From: an uncultured Alphaproteobacteria bacterium
Lineage (GTDB): Bacteria > Pseudomonadota > Alphaproteobacteria > HIMB59 > GCA-002718135
NCBI GenBank assembly: GCA_902540265.1
Contig: CACBLW010000005.1
Span: 30,561 to 94,560 of the forward strand
Length of the DNA stretch: 64,000 bases
Direction of reading: 5' to 3'
How positions within the stretch are numbered: the stretch's first letter is position 1; the number at the start of each line of letters is the position of its first letter. The notes under the pieces are model-generated. The model saw only the letters and a list, made by a program, of their open reading frames with translations. It made no database searches and was not told the DNA's origin. Of this stretch, positions 29,966 through 41,938 are shown piece by piece. The position numbers and the translations under genes were made by a program.

Positions 29966-31743
29966 TTATCTAAATGAAAAGTAGCAGATAATTGATTTAG
30001 TAATACCTCGCCTAATTGATCAACATCCATTATTGTTACAGCCTTACTATAGTATCTTGAAACATCATGTCCAATTCCTATAGCAATTAATTCAATTTCA
30101 TCTTTTTTTTCAATTTGACCAATTATATCTCTTAAATTTTTTTCTAAATAATTACCTGGATTTACAGAAAGTGTTGAGTCGTCAACTGGAGCGCCATCAC
30201 TTATAACAATAAGAATTTTTCTTTTTTCCTTTCGAAAAGATAATCTATTATAAGCCCATGATAAAGCTTCTCCATCAACATTTTCCTTCAAAATTCCCTC
30301 TTTTAATAATAAGCCCAAATTTTTCTTTGATCTCCTCCATGGTGAATCTGCAGACTTATAGATAATATGTCTTAGATCATTTAACCTGCCTGGATTAGAA
30401 GGCTTTCCATTTTTGATCCATTTTTCTCTAGAGTTACCCCCCTTCCAAGCTTTGGTTGTAAACCCTAATATTTCAGATTTAATTAAGCATCTTTCCAATG
30501 TTTTTGCTAAAATATCTGAACAAAGGGCTGCAACTGTAATTGGTCTGCCTCTCATTGAACCAGAATTATCAATTAGAAGACTCACAATAGTATCTTTAAA
30601 TTCAACTTCTTTTTCTATTTTGTAGCTTAATTTATTATTTGGATTAGCAATAATTTTAGCTAATCTTGATGTATCAAGAAAACCCTCTTCCATATTAAAA
30701 TCCCAATGACGATTTTGCTGAGCTAAAAGTTTTCTTTGCAGCCTATTAGCAATTTTAACAATTAGTGGTTGAAAAGAAAATACTTGCTGATCAAGATTTC
30801 TTCTAAGTTTCTCTAATTCTTTGATATCACAAAGTTCTTCAGCATTAATGATTTCATCAAAATTATAATCATAAACTTTATAATTCTCTAAATTCTCTAA
30901 AATTTTTCTATCTGGTAAATAATCTAGTTCAGTATCCCCGCTTTCTTCTCCCATATCATCATTTTCTTCTAATGAAACTGACTGCTCAACAGCTGTTTCA
31001 CTTGTTTGCATTTCAATATTTGACTCAGTTTGTTCATCATTGTTTTGTTCATCATTGTTTTCATTTTCATTATCTTGATCTTCATCGTTTTGATTAATAT
31101 CTTCGTTCTGAGTATTGTTTACGCTGTTATTAAGTAATCCAAGTTCATCTAGTTTTTCAACTATTGTAGATGTATATTTTTCCTGATCATGTAGACATTT
31201 CTTTAAATCTATAAAAAAGTTTGAATAATCTTTTTTTAATTTTTCTTTTACAATATTTTTAAAACTACTATTAATTTCACCTAAATCTACGCCAACAATT
31301 TCTTCAAATGCTACGTTTTTAAATGCTTTAATTAATAAATTTTGATCTTTTTTAGTATTTCCAATTTTAAGATCTCTAATATACTTATTCTTTAGATTTT
31401 TTTGTATTCCCTTGAATTCACTACTACCTATAGCTTCTACTCGTGCTTGTTCCAAAACATTAATTATTTCGTTTGATAACTCATTTTGATTTAAAAAGTT
31501 TTGGTGTATATCTTTTGAATGTAATCTGAACTCTAATGCAAAAGAGTCCGCTTCAGCTCTTAAATATTCTAGATTATTTTTGAAATTTTCAATTTTTGGT
31601 TCAGTTAGATTTATAGTGTTACCAATAATTGAAGGATTTTCTTTAACAAAATTAATCTCTATGTCTTCTTTTTTACCTATTGATTTTATTGTAGCGCTTA
31701 ATGACTTTTTAAAATCTTCAATAATTTCACTATTCTTTGACAT
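29962..31743 (-). CDS. cobT: CobT-like vWA domain protein
   Basis: EQARVEAIG, acidic/Asn-rich linker, [38 protein letters not shown]. Confidence 0.93.
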   Translation of the reverse strand: MSKNSEIIEDFKKSLSATIKSIGKKEDIEINFVKENPSIIGNTINLTEPKIENFKNNLEYLRAEADSFALEFRLHSKDIHQNFLNQNELSNEIINVLEQARVEAIGSSEFKGIQKNLKNKYIRDLKIGNTKKDQNLLIKAFKNVAFEEIVGVDLGEINSSFKNIVKEKLKKDYSNFFIDLKKCLHDQEKYTSTIVEKLDELGLLNNSVNNTQNEDINQNDEDQDNENENNDEQNNDEQTESNIEMQTSETAVEQSVSLEENDDMGEESGDTELDYLPDRKILENLENYKVYDYNFDEIINAEELCDIKELEKLRRNLDQQVFSFQPLIVKIANRLQRKLLAQQNRHWDFNMEEGFLDTSRLAKIIANPNNKLSYKIEKEVEFKDTIVSLLIDNSGSMRGRPITVAALCSDILAKTLERCLIKSEILGFTTKAWKGGNSREKWIKNGKPSNPGRLNDLRHIIYKSADSPWRRSKKNLGLLLKEGILKENVDGEALSWAYNRLSFRKEKRKILIVISDGAPVDDSTLSVNPGNYLEKNLRDIIGQIEKKDEIELIAIGIGHDVSRYYSKAVTIMDVDQLGEVLLNQLSATFHLDN

Positions 31744-32713
31744 TAGCTACCTTAGCATCAGTAATATCAATTCCAAATGACCTTTGAAAATATTCCTGTA
31801 AGATAGATCTCTCCATTTCATCGCATCTATTTAAAAAAGATAGTTTAAAAGAATATTCTATATCATTGAATAGAAGATAATTTTCTGCCCAAGTCAATAC
31901 AGTTCTTGGACTCATAACAGTTGAAATATCACCATTAATGAATCCTGATCTAGAAAGATCTGCAGTAGCTACCATGCATTTAACGATGTCTTTGCCATCC
32001 TTATTATTAAGTTTTTTTACTTTACTTAAGATAATATTTATTTCTTGCTCGTTACTAAGGTAATTTAAGGTTGATACAATATTCCATCTATCCATTTGAC
32101 CTTGGTTTATTTGTTGAGTACCATGATACAAACCAGATGTGTCACCAAGACCAACAGTGTTTGCTGTAGCAAACAACCTAAAAAATTTGTGAGGTTTAAT
32201 TACTCTTGATTGATCCAGTAGAGTTAATTTACCTTCTGACTCCAAAATACGTTGAATCACAAACATTACATCAGGTCTGCCCGCATCATACTCATCAAAC
32301 ACTAAAGCTACAGGATTTTTGTATGACCAAGGAAGTATGCCATCCTGAAACTCTGTCACCTGTTTATTATCTTTGAGTACGATAGCATCTTTACCAATCA
32401 AATCTATCCTACTGATGTGACTATCTAAATTAATTCTAATACATGGCCAATTAAGTCTAGCTGCTACTTGTTCAATATGAGTAGATTTACCAGTACCATG
32501 GTATCCTTGAATCAAAACTCTTTTATTAGAAGAAAACCCTGCCAGAATTGAAAGAGTTGTAGCTGGATCAAATATATATGTTTGATCTATTTCTGGTACG
32601 TGTTCAGTTTTTTCTTTAAACTTATAAACATCAAACTCACAGGAAACCCCAAATATCTCTTTGGGATCAATTTTGATACTAGGAGTTATTTCTATATTTT
32701 TTGTATTAGTCAT
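31730..32713 (-). CDS. cobS: CobS-like AAA+ ATPase
   Basis: [44 protein letters not shown]. Confidence 0.95.
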   Translation of the reverse strand: MTNTKNIEITPSIKIDPKEIFGVSCEFDVYKFKEKTEHVPEIDQTYIFDPATTLSILAGFSSNKRVLIQGYHGTGKSTHIEQVAARLNWPCIRINLDSHISRIDLIGKDAIVLKDNKQVTEFQDGILPWSYKNPVALVFDEYDAGRPDVMFVIQRILESEGKLTLLDQSRVIKPHKFFRLFATANTVGLGDTSGLYHGTQQINQGQMDRWNIVSTLNYLSNEQEINIILSKVKKLNNKDGKDIVKCMVATADLSRSGFINGDISTVMSPRTVLTWAENYLLFNDIEYSFKLSFLNRCDEMERSILQEYFQRSFGIDITDAKVANVKE

Positions 32714-33293
32714 TTTTAAATTTTTTTAAAAGTATTTTGTATGAGTTATTTATTTCCTTAAACTTCTCTTCTGCTTTTTTATCGTTACCATTTACATCAG
32801 GGTGAAATATTTTCACTAGTTTTTTGTAAGTTTTTTTAATTTTATCCAATGTCAATGGTAAATCTAGATTGAATGATGATAGAGCTTTGCTTTCTTCTTT
32901 TGTAAGATTTTCATCAACCAGCTTATTTCTAAAGTAATTGTTCTCTCGTTCATTTGGATTGAAATCGTTAATTTCTTCATTAAAAAAATTGTTAATTTGA
33001 TCCATTACTTTGTGATAATTTCCCTTTAATGGCCAAGATGGCCTGTTCCAAATAATATCTTCTCTCATTGAGTTCTCAATTTCATTAACTGATAATCCTT
33101 TATAGAAATCCCATGATTTGTTGTATTCCTTAATATGTTCCATGCAAAAATAATAATATTGATTCAACATAACCCTTGATTTTGGTGCTTTAAACTTGCC
33201 TTCACTATCACAATCTTTGTGATCACATTTTCTAAAAAATGTTTTTTCCCAAGAAAGACTATTTTTATTAATATCTATTTTATGTTTACCCAC
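32706..33293 (-). CDS. DnaJ-domain protein (N-terminal Cys/His motif, C-terminal J domain)
   Basis: CDHKDC...FKAPK...FCMEH..EYNKSWDF; HPD motif near the C-terminus. Likely start is GTG at 33293. Confidence 0.88.
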   Translation of the reverse strand: MGKHKIDINKNSLSWEKTFFRKCDHKDCDSEGKFKAPKSRVMLNQYYYFCMEHIKEYNKSWDFYKGLSVNEIENSMREDIIWNRPSWPLKGNYHKVMDQINNFFNEEINDFNPNERENNYFRNKLVDENLTKEESKALSSFNLDLPLTLDKIKKTYKKLVKIFHPDVNGNDKKAEEKFKEINNSYKILLKKFKND

Positions 33294-33316
33294 ACTTATT
33301 ATATAGTTTAAAAATA

Positions 33317-33571
33317 ATGAATCGTAAGCAAAGAATTGATAAAATATTATCAAGTAAATTTGATAATTTTTTATTAGAAATTATTGACAATTCAAATTTG
33401 CATAAAGGGCATAATAATTTTACTGGTAGTGGTGAAACTCATATTAAGATCATATTGAAAAAAAAAGATAATTCCTCATTTAATAGATTGAATATTCATA
33501 GGATTATCAATAGTTTACTTGAAGAGGAATTTAAAAATGGTTTACATTCTTTAGAAATTAAAATTAATTAA
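33317..33571 (+). CDS. bolA: BolA family protein
   Basis: DNS.LHKGH, GETH, HR.IN, GLHSL. Confidence 0.9.
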   Translation: MNRKQRIDKILSSKFDNFLLEIIDNSNLHKGHNNFTGSGETHIKIILKKKDNSSFNRLNIHRIINSLLEEEFKNGLHSLEIKIN

Positions 33572-34811
33572 TTTTTGAAATTTCAACTTTAGATATTTGT
33601 TTTTTTGAGTGTGATAAAATCTTATAAGTAAAAAAATTATCTTTAAATAATTCTCCATATGAAGGTATTTTTTTTGACATATCTAAAATATATCCTGCTA
33701 TAGTTGATGATTCAACTTCTGGCGGATCTAAATCAAAACTTTTATAAAGATCCCTAATATTTTTTTCACCATTAATAATCATCTTGCCATAGTTATTAAG
33801 TTTAAAATCATTTTCTGGAACATCAATTTCATCAACAATTTCTCCAACTATTTCTTCAATAATATCCTCTAAGGTTATTAATCCAAGTAATTCACCAAAT
33901 TCATCTACAACAAAAGCTAGGTGCTCCTTTCTTTTTTTGAATTCAACCAATTGTTCTAATAGGTTTGTTGTTTCAGGAATAAACCAGGGGTTAGAAATTT
34001 TATCAAAAATAATTTCTTTTGACTCATTATGATTTTTTAAATCTATATTTAAAGTTCGTACATTTAATAAGCCTATAATATTTTCAGGATTATCTTTCCA
34101 AAATGGAATACGAGTATATCTGGAGCTATTGATTCTTTGTATAATTTCATTTGTCTTAAGAGATGAATCTATTGAGTAAATATTTTTTCGATGTGTAAAA
34201 ATTTCTTCGACAGTTATATCGTTTAACTGCAAAATGCTTTGTAACATATCCTTTTCTTGTTCATAATCTGGATTTGAGGTTTTATATAGATCTATAACTC
34301 CTTTTAACTCTTCTTCTGATTGAAGATCGTTATTTTTTATATCATTATCATTTTTTCTAAAAATTAATCTTACAATTAAATTAATTATAAATACAAAAAT
34401 AAATAAAATTTTATTTAAATAATAAATAATTGGAGCAATTAATAATGCAGTCCTATTTGGTCTATTAATGGCATAAGTTTTGGGAAGCACTTCAGCAAAT
34501 ATAACAATGACAACAGTCATTATAAGTGTTGCATAAAAAATACCTTCTACTCCAAAAAGATCATAAAAAAATGCTGTAGCAAGAGAAGATGCTAAAATAT
34601 TAACTAAGTTATTTGAAAGTAGCAAAGTTGATATTACGTTATCTTTTTTATCTAGTAATTCAAGCACATAACCCGCTTTTTTACTGCCCTTTTTTTTCTT
34701 ATATAAAATTCTTGCTTTAGAAGTGGCAGTAATTGCAGTTTCAGATCCTGATAAAAAACCTGAGAGAACTACAAGAATTATTAGTAAAAAAAGAAGAATT
34801 AGACTTGTCAT
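33564..34811 (-). CDS. HlyC/CorC (CNNM-CBS) family Mg2+/Co2+ transporter
   Basis: SGSETA, NNLVNI, AEVLPK, YTRIP, VVDEFG, LEDIIEEIVGEI.DE.D. Confidence 0.93.
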   Translation of the reverse strand: MTSLILLFLLIILVVLSGFLSGSETAITATSKARILYKKKKGSKKAGYVLELLDKKDNVISTLLLSNNLVNILASSLATAFFYDLFGVEGIFYATLIMTVVIVIFAEVLPKTYAINRPNRTALLIAPIIYYLNKILFIFVFIINLIVRLIFRKNDNDIKNNDLQSEEELKGVIDLYKTSNPDYEQEKDMLQSILQLNDITVEEIFTHRKNIYSIDSSLKTNEIIQRINSSRYTRIPFWKDNPENIIGLLNVRTLNIDLKNHNESKEIIFDKISNPWFIPETTNLLEQLVEFKKRKEHLAFVVDEFGELLGLITLEDIIEEIVGEIVDEIDVPENDFKLNNYGKMIINGEKNIRDLYKSFDLDPPEVESSTIAGYILDMSKKIPSYGELFKDNFFTYKILSHSKKQISKVEISKIN

Positions 34812-35879
34812 TTAAATATTTTGTAAAATTTTATAAACTTTATCCTTATCAAGTTTTTTATAAAATATTGAACTCCCAATCTTATTAATAAGTGAAAAGT
34901 TAATATTATCATTAAAATTTTTTTTATCTTTACTTATCTTTTTTATTATTTTTTTTTCTTTTATTATTTTGTCAAAAATTTTTAGATTACATTTTTTAAA
35001 ATGCATTAATATTCTATGAAGTTCATTAGACGAGAGCAAGCCGAGAAAATTAGATATTTTTGCTTCAGTAATCATTCCTATTGAAATTGCCTCTCCATGG
35101 TTATATTTTTTATAATTATAATGGCTTTCTATAGCATGACCAATTGTGTGTCCGAAATTTAACATCGCTCTAGAGTGACTATTTAATAAGAATTCTTTTT
35201 CATCATTTTTTACATAAAAAAGTTTTATAATTATCGATTTATAAATTGCTTTTTCTAGAATAGATTTATTTAGGTTAAGTAATTTATCTATATTTTTTTC
35301 TAACCAACAAAAAAAATCATAATCATTAATTAATGCATGTTTAATTATTTCTGCATATCCTGATTTTATTTCTTTATTTGATAAAGTATTTAAAACAGAA
35401 ATATCAATTAATACCTCTTTTGGTTGATAGAAAGTTCCAAGCATATTTTTTCCGTAGGTCGTATTTATTCCATTTTTACCTCCTATAGAGCTATCTACTT
35501 GAGATAAAAGTGTAGTGGGTATCAAAAAAAAATCCAAACCTCTTAAAATTGTACTTGAAACGAATCCTGCTAAATCCCCTAATGTTCCACCTCCTATAGC
35601 AATAAGTACAGATTTTCTATTTACATTATTTTTAATTAGTTTTTCACTAAGGTCTTTGTAACCATTAATTGATTTTATTCTTTCTCCACAGTGAATGCTT
35701 ATAACTATTACATTTTTTTCTTTTTTAAAATTAAATTTATTTTTAATTTTTGAATCTATAACACAGAAAACCTTTTCATTTTTTTTTGCAATTTTTTTTA
35801 CAAATGTTGAAATGTAATTTTTTTTTATTAATATTGAAGTATTCAATTTTTTATTTTTTATAAATAAATTAGTTTGCAT
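34812..35879 (-). CDS. aroB: 3-dehydroquinate synthase
   Basis: GGGTLGDLAGF, PTTLLSQVDSSIGGKNG, LNFGHTIGHA, HGEA, DKK. Confidence 0.96.
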   Translation of the reverse strand: MQTNLFIKNKKLNTSILIKKNYISTFVKKIAKKNEKVFCVIDSKIKNKFNFKKEKNVIVISIHCGERIKSINGYKDLSEKLIKNNVNRKSVLIAIGGGTLGDLAGFVSSTILRGLDFFLIPTTLLSQVDSSIGGKNGINTTYGKNMLGTFYQPKEVLIDISVLNTLSNKEIKSGYAEIIKHALINDYDFFCWLEKNIDKLLNLNKSILEKAIYKSIIIKLFYVKNDEKEFLLNSHSRAMLNFGHTIGHAIESHYNYKKYNHGEAISIGMITEAKISNFLGLLSSNELHRILMHFKKCNLKIFDKIIKEKKIIKKISKDKKNFNDNINFSLINKIGSSIFYKKLDKDKVYKILQNI

Positions 35880-36405
35880 AAATATTTAGTTGAGATTTTA
35901 TTTGATTTAAAGTTTGAAATTTATCACCATTGTTATTTACAATCAAATCAGCTTTTTCATAATATTTTTGCCTATCTTTGAAGAGATTTTGTAATATTTC
36001 CTTTTTATCTAAATTTTTATTTAAAAGGGGTCTTTTTCTTGAAAACTTTAATCTATTTTGTAAATTGTTTAAATTAACTTGTAAATAAATTGAGTAAGAA
36101 TTTTTCTTTATTATTTTTCTTATTTTTTTACTGATTATACTTCCACCTCCTAAAGAAATTACGCAGTTATCTTTAGTTAATATATCAATACAAACTTCTT
36201 CCTCGATATCTCTAAAATAAGATTCACCACTTTCTTCAAAAATTGTACTTATTTTTTTCTTACTTTTTAGCTCAATTTCTCTGTCTGTATCATAAAATTC
36301 TAAGTCTAGATCTCTACTTAAATCTTTACCAATTATTGATTTACCCGAGCCCATAAGCCCTATGATACAAATATTTTTCTTGTTAATTTCAGATAGATTC
36401 AACAT
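35869..36405 (-). CDS. aroK: Shikimate kinase
   Basis: GLMGSGKS, DTD, GE.YFR, LGGG, RPLL. Confidence 0.96.
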   Translation of the reverse strand: MLNLSEINKKNICIIGLMGSGKSIIGKDLSRDLDLEFYDTDREIELKSKKKISTIFEESGESYFRDIEEEVCIDILTKDNCVISLGGGSIISKKIRKIIKKNSYSIYLQVNLNNLQNRLKFSRKRPLLNKNLDKKEILQNLFKDRQKYYEKADLIVNNNGDKFQTLNQIKSQLNIYAN

Positions 36406-36504
36406 ATTGTAATTTCTTCATATTATTGACAAATTTTTTGACGAAATAGAAAAAAACTTAAAAAAATGATAAAAACATATATTAGTCATTTTTTATTATC
36501 ATAT

Positions 36505-36633
36505 ATGAAAAATAGTTACATTATATATTTTTTTACAATACTAACAATAATCGTTTTTATCACACTCTATATGATCGAAATTCCTTCGCCTTCAGCAACA
36601 ATAACAGAAGAATATAATCTAGAATTAAAATGA
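36505..36633 (+). CDS. Small single-pass membrane protein (42 aa)
   Basis: Manual translation MKNSYIIYFFTILTIIVFITLYMIEIPSPSATITEEYNLELK* (an upstream in-frame ATG lies at 36466). Its TGA overlaps the next ATG (ATGA). Not in the ORF track. Confidence 0.65.
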   Translation: MKNSYIIYFFTILTIIVFITLYMIEIPSPSATITEEYNLELK

Positions 36634-38417
36634 AAATTATCTTTATCGTTTTATTGATTTTTTTTTCAAATTATATTTTTGCAAACGAAGAAGATAACAA
36701 TGAAATAGAAGTAATTAATTTATATGAAAATAAAAGCCTTGATCAAATGGTTCTAGAAAATCTTAATGATAAAAAAGAAAGTGACGAGGTATTTGACGAT
36801 TTAAATGAATCTAACGAATTAGAAATTAAAAATAGTGAAATTAATGAAAATCAAACTACAAATATTGAAGTAAGTCAAATTGAAATTGTTAAAGATAACT
36901 TTTTTCTTAAACATAATATAGGTGATCTAAAAAATTATTTTAACAATCTTCAAAAAATCAATTCAAAAACTTTACAAGAAGAAATAATCGAGGTTCTAGA
37001 TAACCTTCAGTTAGATATTGAAAATGTTAAAGACAATGAAATATTTTTCTTAATTGTAAATTACTTTAAGTCTGTTGGTCAAATTAATCAGTCATATGAA
37101 TTAATAAAGAAATATCAACTTACCGATGATAAAAACTTAATTTTCTATACTGAAGTTGAATTAAATTATCTTTTATCAACTTTTCAATTAAATGAAGCTT
37201 GTAACTTAAATGAAGAATTAAATGAAAATATAAAATTAAATTATTTCTATTTAGAAAAACTAGACATATTTTGCTTAATTTTAAATGACAATCAATCAGA
37301 GGCAAAATTATTGAATTCAATTTTGATTGAATCAGAAAATAATTTAGACAATTATTTCCAACATTTGTTCTCACTTATAACTAATTCTTCTGATGAGAAT
37401 AAACTTGAAAAAGAAATGATAAATTCCAATCTAAATAAAGATTTAATTTTTTTATATAGTGCTATGACTAGGATTGCAGAGCTTCCTTTCTCTATAGAAT
37501 TTTATGAAATTGATAGAAAAAATCTATCTATTCCTATAATTTTAAATCAATCCTCTCCTATAGATTTGAGAATAAAAGCAGCTAACGAAAGTTTTCTTCA
37601 AAATTTAATTCCTATTGATAGCATATCAGCTTTATATATGGCAGCTGACTTCAATTCGGATCAATTAAATAATCCTAAAGAAACAATTGAGATGCTTTCT
37701 GGCAATAAAGAATTAAGTATGGCTTTTTTATTTCAGCTTGTAAATATTCAAATATTTCCGAACGACAGATTGAATACTTTAATACAATTTTGGGAATTTG
37801 CTAAAAAAAATAATTTGGAAGAAATTGCGTATAAATTGTCAATTAATATGTTAAGTTCTATTGAAGCTTCTTCAGAAAATATCATTTATGGGCCTCAAAT
37901 CGCATCAGCCCATATTTTTAATAGTAATTTTGACGATGCACTAAATTGGATAGAATTGTATGAAAACACAATTGAAGTAGATTCAAAAAGTATTTATGCG
38001 AGAATTTTATTAGATTTATATTCTTCTATTGATTTAAATTCTTTTATAAGATCTATAAATTTAACCTTAAATAACAATAATTATCAATATAATGATAATT
38101 ATGAACTATTGTACGTTCTAAAAGATGTAATGAATTTAGATATAAACTCTAATACTAATATAAACTTAAATAAAACTTTTGATGATAGATTAATGCCATC
38201 AATTTTTCTAATTAATGAAATAAAAAATAGTATTCTTAATAGTTTTGATGAAAAATTCCTTTTATATTCTTTAATTTCCTTAAATAATAAAGAATGGAAA
38301 AATATACACCCAGAGCACTTAAGAATTATACTAAAAGGATATCTGCAATATAAAGATGGAGTACTATTTAGAAATATAGTTTTAGAATTATTTAAAAACT
38401 ATAATTTTATAATATGA
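36630..38417 (+). CDS. Hypothetical exported protein (595 aa)
   Basis: N-terminal signal peptide, acidic low-complexity N-region, helical body with two Cys (EAC, IFC); ATGA-coupled to both neighbours. Confidence 0.8.
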   Translation: MKIIFIVLLIFFSNYIFANEEDNNEIEVINLYENKSLDQMVLENLNDKKESDEVFDDLNESNELEIKNSEINENQTTNIEVSQIEIVKDNFFLKHNIGDLKNYFNNLQKINSKTLQEEIIEVLDNLQLDIENVKDNEIFFLIVNYFKSVGQINQSYELIKKYQLTDDKNLIFYTEVELNYLLSTFQLNEACNLNEELNENIKLNYFYLEKLDIFCLILNDNQSEAKLLNSILIESENNLDNYFQHLFSLITNSSDENKLEKEMINSNLNKDLIFLYSAMTRIAELPFSIEFYEIDRKNLSIPIILNQSSPIDLRIKAANESFLQNLIPIDSISALYMAADFNSDQLNNPKETIEMLSGNKELSMAFLFQLVNIQIFPNDRLNTLIQFWEFAKKNNLEEIAYKLSINMLSSIEASSENIIYGPQIASAHIFNSNFDDALNWIELYENTIEVDSKSIYARILLDLYSSIDLNSFIRSINLTLNNNNYQYNDNYELLYVLKDVMNLDINSNTNINLNKTFDDRLMPSIFLINEIKNSILNSFDEKFLLYSLISLNNKEWKNIHPEHLRIILKGYLQYKDGVLFRNIVLELFKNYNFII

Positions 38418-39352
38418 TAAAATATTTTGAATTTGAAAATGAAATAGAAAAAATTGAAACAATATTGAAACAATTAAATAATAATCAAGAATTAAATGTA
38501 GATAAAATTAAGAAATTAAATAATCAAAAAGAGGATTTATATAAAAAAATTTATTCAAATTTAGACCCGTGGCAAAAGGTTCAAGTTTCAAGACATGGTG
38601 AGAGACCTCACGCCCTAGATTATATTGAAAGTATTTTTACAGACATTGTTTTTTTGCATGGAGATAAAAAATATGCAGATGATAATGCAATTGTTGGAGG
38701 TTTAGCAAAAATCAGAGATAATTCAGTTTTTTTTATTGGAACAGAAAAAGGAAATACAATGGAAACAAGAATTAAACATAACTTTGGAATGGCCAAACCA
38801 GAAGGATACAGAAAAGTTCAAAGATTAATTAAGTTAGCAGAAAAATTTAAATTACCTTTAATATCATTTGTTGATACCGCTGGTGCATTTCCAGGAAAAG
38901 ATGCTGAGGAAAGAGGGCAATCCGAATCTATCGCTTCATCAATATTGCATTTTTTAAAGGCCAAAATTCCTACAATATCAATTATTATTGGAGAGGGTGG
39001 ATCTGGAGGAGCAATAGGAATAGCTACCTCTGATAGAGTTTTAATGCTAGAACATTCAATATATTCTGTTATCTCCCCTGAAGGCTGCGCATCTATATTA
39101 TGGAGAAATACTAAATTTTCTCAGGAAGCAGCTAAAACATTAAAATTAACATCTAGTGACTGTAAAAGTTTCAAAATTATAGATGATATTATACCAGAGC
39201 CTTATGGAGGAGCTCATAGACATCCTCTTAAACAAGCTGAAATATTAAAAAATAAAATTATTAATTTAATTGATGAATTAAATAAAATATCGATTAAAGA
39301 ATTAGTTGAAGTCCGAAAAGAAAAGTATTTAAATATTACCTCAGATATTTAA
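38414..39352 (+). CDS. accA: Acetyl-CoA carboxylase carboxyltransferase alpha
   Basis: [53 protein letters not shown]. Confidence 0.97.
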   Translation: MIKYFEFENEIEKIETILKQLNNNQELNVDKIKKLNNQKEDLYKKIYSNLDPWQKVQVSRHGERPHALDYIESIFTDIVFLHGDKKYADDNAIVGGLAKIRDNSVFFIGTEKGNTMETRIKHNFGMAKPEGYRKVQRLIKLAEKFKLPLISFVDTAGAFPGKDAEERGQSESIASSILHFLKAKIPTISIIIGEGGSGGAIGIATSDRVLMLEHSIYSVISPEGCASILWRNTKFSQEAAKTLKLTSSDCKSFKIIDDIIPEPYGGAHRHPLKQAEILKNKIINLIDELNKISIKELVEVRKEKYLNITSDI

Positions 39353-41874
39353 CTTCCATGACACTGTTTATATTTTTTTCCTGAACCACATGGACAAGGT
39401 TCATTCCTACCTATTTTTTTTGTTATAATTCTTCTTGGTTCAGACGTTTGTTTATTATTACTTTCATTATAATTTTTATTATTGTCACTTACTAGTTTAA
39501 TATTAAATAAATTTTTTAAAACCCTTTCATTTTGGTTTGATAGCATTTCATCAAAATAATCAAAAGATTCTTTTTTATATTCATAAAAGGGATCTTTGCC
39601 TCCCATAGCTCTTAAATTCACACTTCCTCGCAAAGAGTCCATTGCTGCTAAATGATCTCTCCAATCCTTATCTATTTGAAATAACATTACTCTTTTTTCT
39701 GCAAACTTAAGTAATTCAGCTGAATATTGATATTGTTTTTCTTTATATTTTTGGTTTACCTGATCTAATAACCTTTTCTTAATTTCCTCTTCATCAACTC
39801 CATCCTCTTCAAACCATTTTGAGACTGGAATATCTATACTAAATATTTCTTTAGTTTTTTCTTTTAATAAATTTCCATCCCATTCATGCGAATATTTTTT
39901 TGGAGGAATAGTAACTTCAATTAAATAATTTACATAATCCACTATCATATCCTCAATAATTTTTGATTGATCGTTAGTATTTAGAATTTCTCTTCTATTT
40001 TGGTAAATTATTTTTCTTTGATCATTCAATATATCATCAAATTTTAAAATTTGTTTTCTCATATCAAAATTATGACTCTCAACTTTTTGCTGAGCTCTTT
40101 CAAGAGATTTAGTAATCATAGAATGCGTAATTACTTCACCATCTTTAAGTCCTAATTTGGATAAAACATTTTCAAGTGTTTTTGATCCAAAAATTCTCAT
40201 AAGATCATCTTCTAATGATAGAAAAAAAATACTTTCGCCTATGTCTCCTTGTCTTCCTGATCTACCTCTTAACTGATTATCTATTCTTCTACTTTCATGC
40301 CTCTCTGTACCAATTACTAGTAACCCACCAGCATCAATTGCTTCTTTTCTTAAGTCCTCATTGCCATTACCTAATTTAATATCTGTTCCTCTACCAGCCA
40401 TGTTGGTTGAGATAGTTATGTTTCCAGGCATACCTGCTTCCTCGATAATTTTCGCTTCACTCATGTGATTTTTGGCATTTAAAACATTGTGTTTAAGATT
40501 TTCTTTCTTTAACAGATCTGAAATTTTTATAGAATTTTCTACTGATGTAGTACCAATAAGAATTGGTTGGTTATTATTATTTCTTGATTTAACAAGATCT
40601 AATACTGCATTATACTTTTCTCTTTTAGTCATGTAAATTTGATCATTTTTATCAACACGATTTACTTCAATATTAGGTGGAATTTCTACAACCTCTAAAT
40701 CATATATACTTTCAAATTCTTTTGCTTCAGTTGTTGCGGTTCCTGTCATCCCACTTAGGCGATCATAAGTCCTAAAAAAATTTTGATATGTGACGGATGC
40801 AATTGTTTGATTTTCTTTCTGAATTACTAAGTTCTCTTTTGCTTCTATAGCTTGATGTAATCCATCGCCATATCTTCTACCTTCCATGGCTCTACCAGTT
40901 AATTCATCAATAATGACTACATTTCTATCTTTAATAATGTAATCCTTATCCTTTATAAATAAATGATGTGCTCTAAGAGCTTGTATAATATTATGGTTTA
41001 AAACCATATTTCCTAAATCTTGAAGAGTACCCTCTTTAATAATGCCATTATCTTTCAGTAATTTTTCACAGAATTCCATTCCATCTGTTGTTAGTAAAAT
41101 ACTTTTACTTTCTTCATTAATCTCAAAATCATTTTCTCTCAGGATTTTAATTATTTTATCAATTTTAGGAAATAAATCCGTATTGGAGTTTGATTCTGCA
41201 GAAATAACAAGAGGTGTTCTAGCTTCATCTATTAAAATACTATCTACTTCATCAACTATTGCAAATGCATTTTTTTTAAAACACAAGCTATCGTAATCGT
41301 TTTTAAGATTATCTCTTAAGTAATCAAATCCTATCTCATTATTAGTTGCGTATACGACGTCTGCATCATATTGATTTGATCTTTCTTCGTAAGCTGTGTC
41401 TGAAGTAACACATCCAACACTAAGTCCAAGAAAATTATATATTTGACCCATCCATTCCGCATCTCTTTTTGCAAGATAATCATTAACTGTAATAATATGT
41501 ACGGATAGATTTTCTATAGTATTAGCATAAGCAGCTAGAGTAGCAACTAAAGTTTTTCCTTCCCCTGTTTTCATTTCAGTTATTTTATTTTCGTATAAAA
41601 CCATTCCACCAATTAGTTGAACATCATAGTGTCTCATATTTAATGTTCTTTTTGATGTTTCTCTAACTACTGCAAATATTTCTGGTAATAATTTGGATAT
41701 TGATCCAGTTTTATTAAATTCATTTTTAAAGTGATTTGTTTTATTTTTTAATTCTTGATCAGAAAGTCTAGAAATTTCTTTCTCCAGTTTATTTACTTTC
41801 TCAACAAAACTTCCATATTTTTTAAGTGAATTGGATTTTAAAGAACCAAATAATTTATTAACAATATTAATCAT
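39349..41874 (-). CDS. secA: Protein translocase subunit SecA
   Basis: [45 protein letters not shown] motif [19 protein letters not shown]. Confidence 0.98.
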   Translation of the reverse strand: MINIVNKLFGSLKSNSLKKYGSFVEKVNKLEKEISRLSDQELKNKTNHFKNEFNKTGSISKLLPEIFAVVRETSKRTLNMRHYDVQLIGGMVLYENKITEMKTGEGKTLVATLAAYANTIENLSVHIITVNDYLAKRDAEWMGQIYNFLGLSVGCVTSDTAYEERSNQYDADVVYATNNEIGFDYLRDNLKNDYDSLCFKKNAFAIVDEVDSILIDEARTPLVISAESNSNTDLFPKIDKIIKILRENDFEINEESKSILLTTDGMEFCEKLLKDNGIIKEGTLQDLGNMVLNHNIIQALRAHHLFIKDKDYIIKDRNVVIIDELTGRAMEGRRYGDGLHQAIEAKENLVIQKENQTIASVTYQNFFRTYDRLSGMTGTATTEAKEFESIYDLEVVEIPPNIEVNRVDKNDQIYMTKREKYNAVLDLVKSRNNNNQPILIGTTSVENSIKISDLLKKENLKHNVLNAKNHMSEAKIIEEAGMPGNITISTNMAGRGTDIKLGNGNEDLRKEAIDAGGLLVIGTERHESRRIDNQLRGRSGRQGDIGESIFFLSLEDDLMRIFGSKTLENVLSKLGLKDGEVITHSMITKSLERAQQKVESHNFDMRKQILKFDDILNDQRKIIYQNRREILNTNDQSKIIEDMIVDYVNYLIEVTIPPKKYSHEWDGNLLKEKTKEIFSIDIPVSKWFEEDGVDEEEIKKRLLDQVNQKYKEKQYQYSAELLKFAEKRVMLFQIDKDWRDHLAAMDSLRGSVNLRAMGGKDPFYEYKKESFDYFDEMLSNQNERVLKNLFNIKLVSDNNKNYNESNNKQTSEPRRIITKKIGRNEPCPCGSGKKYKQCHGS

Positions 41875-41938
41875 GTTATGATAAATGGCAGTTAATATAT
41901 GAAAAATATTTCTTCTACAAAGGAATTTAAGCTAAAAT

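Noticed and set aside
30950..31130. Low-complexity quasi-repeats (tcatt/ttcatc) in cobT
   Set aside because: They encode the normal acidic/Asn-rich linker of CobT; there is no fixed repeat unit or spacer structure, so this is not a CRISPR or tandem array.
33317..38417. Very AT-rich, Lys/Asn/Ile-rich segments as candidate foreign DNA
   Set aside because: They encode syntenic core genes (bolA, corC-like, aroB, aroK), so the bias is better explained by AT drift in less constrained proteins.
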